38,922 nucleotides of DNA from NCBI GenBank assembly GCA_026393905.1, contig JAPKZH010000643.1:1-38922 (forward strand), read 5' to 3'. Below, piece by piece: positions 36,242 to 38,922 of this stretch. Position 1 is the stretch's first letter; each line of letters begins with the position of its first letter. Made by a program: the position numbers and the translations under genes. Under the pieces are notes generated by a model that was not told the DNA's origin, did not search any database, and saw only the letters and a program-made list of their open reading frames with translations. This DNA is from Candidatus Aminicenantes bacterium (GTDB lineage Bacteria > Acidobacteriota > Aminicenantia > Aminicenantales > UBA4085).

Positions 36242-36439
36242 ATGCGTGTATGTCCTTTGCTTTTGCGCGCTATCAAATCCGGTCTTGGAGGGATAATTAG
36301 CAATCCCCAAAAGGGCGAGGCCGAATGTCTGGGAGAAGCTTGCGCCTGGTATGTATGGCCATCCGAGGGCCCGGGGGTTTCTAGAAGGACCCCGGGCGCG
36401 GGCGAATGCGCCATTAATAGAATCGCCGTCAAAGCTTAG
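36242..36439 (+). CDS. Small Cys-rich protein (65 aa), putative metal-binding
   Basis: Strong SD AGGAGG; four Cys in the pattern CPLL...C-x4-CAW...CAI. Confidence 0.7.
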   Translation: MRVCPLLLRAIKSGLGGIISNPQKGEAECLGEACAWYVWPSEGPGVSRRTPGAGECAINRIAVKA

Positions 36440-36460
36440 GTCTCGTAAAATAACGGAGGC

Positions 36461-36481
36461 GCGTTCCTGAAGCTGGAACGC
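36461..36481 (+). terminator. Possible hairpin terminator after the two small ORFs
   Basis: GCGTTCC-TGAAGCT-GGAACGC; no clear U-tract. Confidence 0.3.
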
Positions 36482-36624
36482 CCCTAGTAATCTGGCTTGC
36501 TTGACGTCAGCGAAATTCGGACAGGGATTGATTTCTCCTAAGCTATGGTTTCCAATAACAAATAGGGCGTCACGAAACTCATTGAAGAGTTAGGTTGGGA
36601 AGGAACGATTTCACATAGCGGATT

Positions 36625-37101
36625 TTATCCTCGTAACCCAGCCGATGAGCGGTCGACAACCTCATGATCGCTCAGGACGACTCTTTTCCACTCCCGATTG
36701 GCCCGGTACTTCTTAAAGTACCCGTAGGCGTTGCCGTACGGAGGACCGATCCTTCCCACCTTCACAGGGACATAAAAAATCTCCGGAGTGAGGCCGTGAC
36801 GGAAAGCGATGTCGAGCCACGACATCCCGCCGATCCGGAGATCGAGAACGACAGAAGGCTTGATCCGGGCCTGAGCGGCGAGAAAGAAAGCGACGGGCAG
36901 CTCCTCGTCACGGAGGCGGTAGCGCTCCCGGACGAGCATCACATCCCGCTGCGGAACGCCATAATAATCCCCGACGGCCAGATAGTAACCCTGGAGTTTT
37001 CCGTCGGCGAGGGACAACCCGAGATCGACCTGATTGACATGCGCTGCTGTCCATCCCGGAATCAGAAGAAGAAGCACTAAAACGATGGATTTTCTCATCA
37101 T
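36625..37101 (-). CDS. Secreted hypothetical protein, possibly C-terminally truncated
   Basis: SD GAGGAGG before MMRKSIVLVLLLLIPG (signal peptide); GPPYGNAYGYFK motif; ends abruptly with ..HEVVDRSSAGLRG*. Confidence 0.65.
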   Translation of the reverse strand: MMRKSIVLVLLLLIPGWTAAHVNQVDLGLSLADGKLQGYYLAVGDYYGVPQRDVMLVRERYRLRDEELPVAFFLAAQARIKPSVVLDLRIGGMSWLDIAFRHGLTPEIFYVPVKVGRIGPPYGNAYGYFKKYRANREWKRVVLSDHEVVDRSSAGLRG

Positions 37102-37523
37102 GCGAGCCTCCTCGACGGCATCCTCCCTTACTTGGGGAAGACCGCACTTTCGCTCATTATTCATCGGATGAATCACAAGGATCAGTGTGAAACGGACTTC
37201 GAACCGAGTCAATCGCCGCTAAGGATGATTCGGAGGGTAAGGGGAACGACCGGACGGCTAATCCAGGAGACTTGGATTTTAAGGAATTCATGAGGCGGGG
37301 GAAGGCCATTCCGGCGCAGGGACTAAATTTGTAAGAATTTGGTTTTTTGGCTGCACTGGCCGAGTGAACATCCTTGTCTCCATTCTCCCATCCAACCATC
37401 GTGTGGGATTGTAGCTTAGGACTCGAAAAGGTGTCAAGAACATCTGGAAAACACAAGAAAGTATCCCGGAAGCCGTTCGAAGCACCGGATTAGACGAAAA
37501 TTGGCCGGACCACTTATACCCCC

Positions 37524-37548
37524 TGTCCAGTTTTTGGGGAGTAGCTCA
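37524..37548. mobile_element. Isolated IS3-family-like terminal inverted repeat
   Basis: Reverse complement TGAGCTACTCCCCAAAAACTGGACA resembles IS3-family ends (5'-TG..., CCCC-AAAA-x-TGGACA). No transposase ORF or partner end was recognised. Confidence 0.5.
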
Positions 37549-37574
37549 CCTCAAGAACAAGGCCTACATCGAGA

Positions 37575-38177
37575 TCAAGTTCGAATCCGCTCTTTCACGA
37601 CCGCCCACAACCGGTCCCGCCCCTCGCCCGTCACCGACGAGTAAGGAATAAAATCGTCGTCGGCGACCAATCCCAGCCCTTCCTGCAGCCGACGAAGCGC
37701 ACTGACGCGCTCGCTCATTTTTAACTTGTCCACTTTCGTCGCCACCACGATGGGAGATCGTCCGACGGACGAGAGCCAGGCGATCGTCTGACTGTCTTGT
37801 TTGCTCAGCACCCGGCTTTCCACCAACAACACTACCGCGCGCAGCTGTTCACTCCCGTCGAGATACTGCTCGATCAATGGCGCCCACTGAGCCCGCAGCG
37901 CTTTCGACACCTTCGCGTATCCATACCCGGGCAAATCCACCACCACGAATCGCGCCAACCCAGGATCGTCGCTGGTGACTCGAAAGAGATTGACCAAGCG
38001 CGTCTTTCCCGGCGTGCGGCTCACCTTGGCTAGCCCCTTGCGCTGCAAGAGGGAGTTGATGAGAGAGGACTTTCCGACGTTCGACCGTCCGATAAAGGCG
38101 ACTTCCGGGAGTTCACCTTTCAGAAACTGTTCCGGCCCCGCACAACTTCTGATAAACTCTGCCGTGAGGATTCTCAT
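37575..38177 (-). CDS. engB: Ribosome biogenesis GTP-binding protein YihA/YsxC
   Basis: GRSNVGKSS, PGKT, DLPGYG and TKVD motifs; start set at MRILTAEF. Confidence 0.95.
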   Translation of the reverse strand: MRILTAEFIRSCAGPEQFLKGELPEVAFIGRSNVGKSSLINSLLQRKGLAKVSRTPGKTRLVNLFRVTSDDPGLARFVVVDLPGYGYAKVSKALRAQWAPLIEQYLDGSEQLRAVVLLVESRVLSKQDSQTIAWLSSVGRSPIVVATKVDKLKMSERVSALRRLQEGLGLVADDDFIPYSSVTGEGRDRLWAVVKERIRT

Positions 38178-38518
38178 GCCGCACCCATCCACCTATCAGA
38201 TACCATGTTATTGACACAGAATGGAAGCTCGATTCTCGAAGGGGGTGAACAGACTCAAGAGTGCGGAGGCAAGCCGGGGAACCGGGTTTTTGGTTTTACT
38301 CGTCCCGGCTTTTCTCATGGTCTTTAATCCTGTTGTCGAATCAGGCGGGCCCTCCGCATTTTTATTGGGTCCAAATATAAATACGAAACCGGTTTCCAAA
38401 ATGTTCCTTGACGAAAAAAAGATTCCCGGCCGGGAAGAGTTTTTCCTCATCTATGGTATTATTTGATCCGACGAGCCATGAGTACCCCTATGTCATCTTT
38501 CAACCGGTCTTGATCAAG

Positions 38519-38922
38519 ATGGAAAAGTATTCGCTGGTCGTGATCGGTGGCGGGCCGGCCGGACTCTTCTGCGCCTTGAGGGCGGCGGGAAACGGGCGAA
38601 AAATTCTGATCGTTGAAAAAAAGCCCCTGCCGGGCCGGAAGCTCCTCCTCTCCGGTTCGGGGCAGTGCAATATCACCCATGAAGAGGAAATCGGATCATT
38701 TCTTTCCCATTATGGAGACAACGGCTGGTTTCTCAAACCCGCCCTGATGAATTTCCAAAATCGGGATTTGATTTCGTTCTTCACAGAACGGGGACTGCCG
38801 CTCATCACGGAGCCCGGCGGAAAAGTGTTTCCCCTGTCCCGGAAGGCGTCCGGGATTTTGGATATTCTGGTCAAGGAATGTACGGCCGCCCATGTGGAGA
38901 TTCGATGTGGGGACCCGGTCTT
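38519..38922 (+). CDS. HI0933/BaiN-family NAD(P)/FAD-dependent oxidoreductase (partial, runs off the right edge)
   Basis: Not in the ORF track; hand translation MEKYSLVVIGGGPAGLFCA...GRKLLLSGSGQCNITH...GKVFP. Confidence 0.9.
   Translation, partial: MEKYSLVVIGGGPAGLFCALRAAGNGRKILIVEKKPLPGRKLLLSGSGQCNITHEEEIGSFLSHYGDNGWFLKPALMNFQNRDLISFFTERGLPLITEPGGKVFPLSRKASGILDILVKECTAAHVEIRCGDPV

Noticed and set aside
37157-37485. Short ORFs as transposase or integrase remnants next to the IS-like end
   Set aside because: No DDE, HTH or tyrosine-recombinase motifs are recognisable in the translations.
38208-38466. Short ORFs on both strands between engB and the HI0933 gene
   Set aside because: No motifs or convincing SD; likely intergenic.

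Overview
GC-rich bacterial chromosomal DNA. The gene mix suggests Aminicenantes/Acidobacteriota, but this is an impression, not a search result. Most of the window is metabolic or envelope genes: M24 peptidase, TPR protein, nitroreductase, metallophosphoesterase, double-GNAT acyltransferase, glycoside hydrolase, orphan TonB-C protein, two PLP aminotransferases, a protein-disulfide oxidoreductase, a rhamnose block (rhaB-rhaA-GT-C/TPR-HEAT-HD-GYP-GH78), yjbQ, a YprB-like exonuclease, Zn-ADH and tRNA-Arg(ACG). Best candidate for an undescribed system: a minus-strand operon at 12082-18775. It encodes three alkaline-phosphatase-superfamily (NPP/COG3379-like) enzymes with three different predicted localisations, a small RHH-like protein ending in LKGLGYIS, and a membrane protein resembling archaeal DUF106/EMC3/TMCO1 (Oxa1-superfamily) insertases. 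Other notable items: a GNAT protein whose motifs follow eukaryotic N-myristoyltransferase; a tRNA-adjacent AT-rich region in which ~97-bp att-arm-like direct repeats bracket a single lipoprotein gene; two families of short palindromic intergenic repeats; and a possibly mosaic final ~2.3 kb. All family calls are by-eye motif recognition, and no searches were run.
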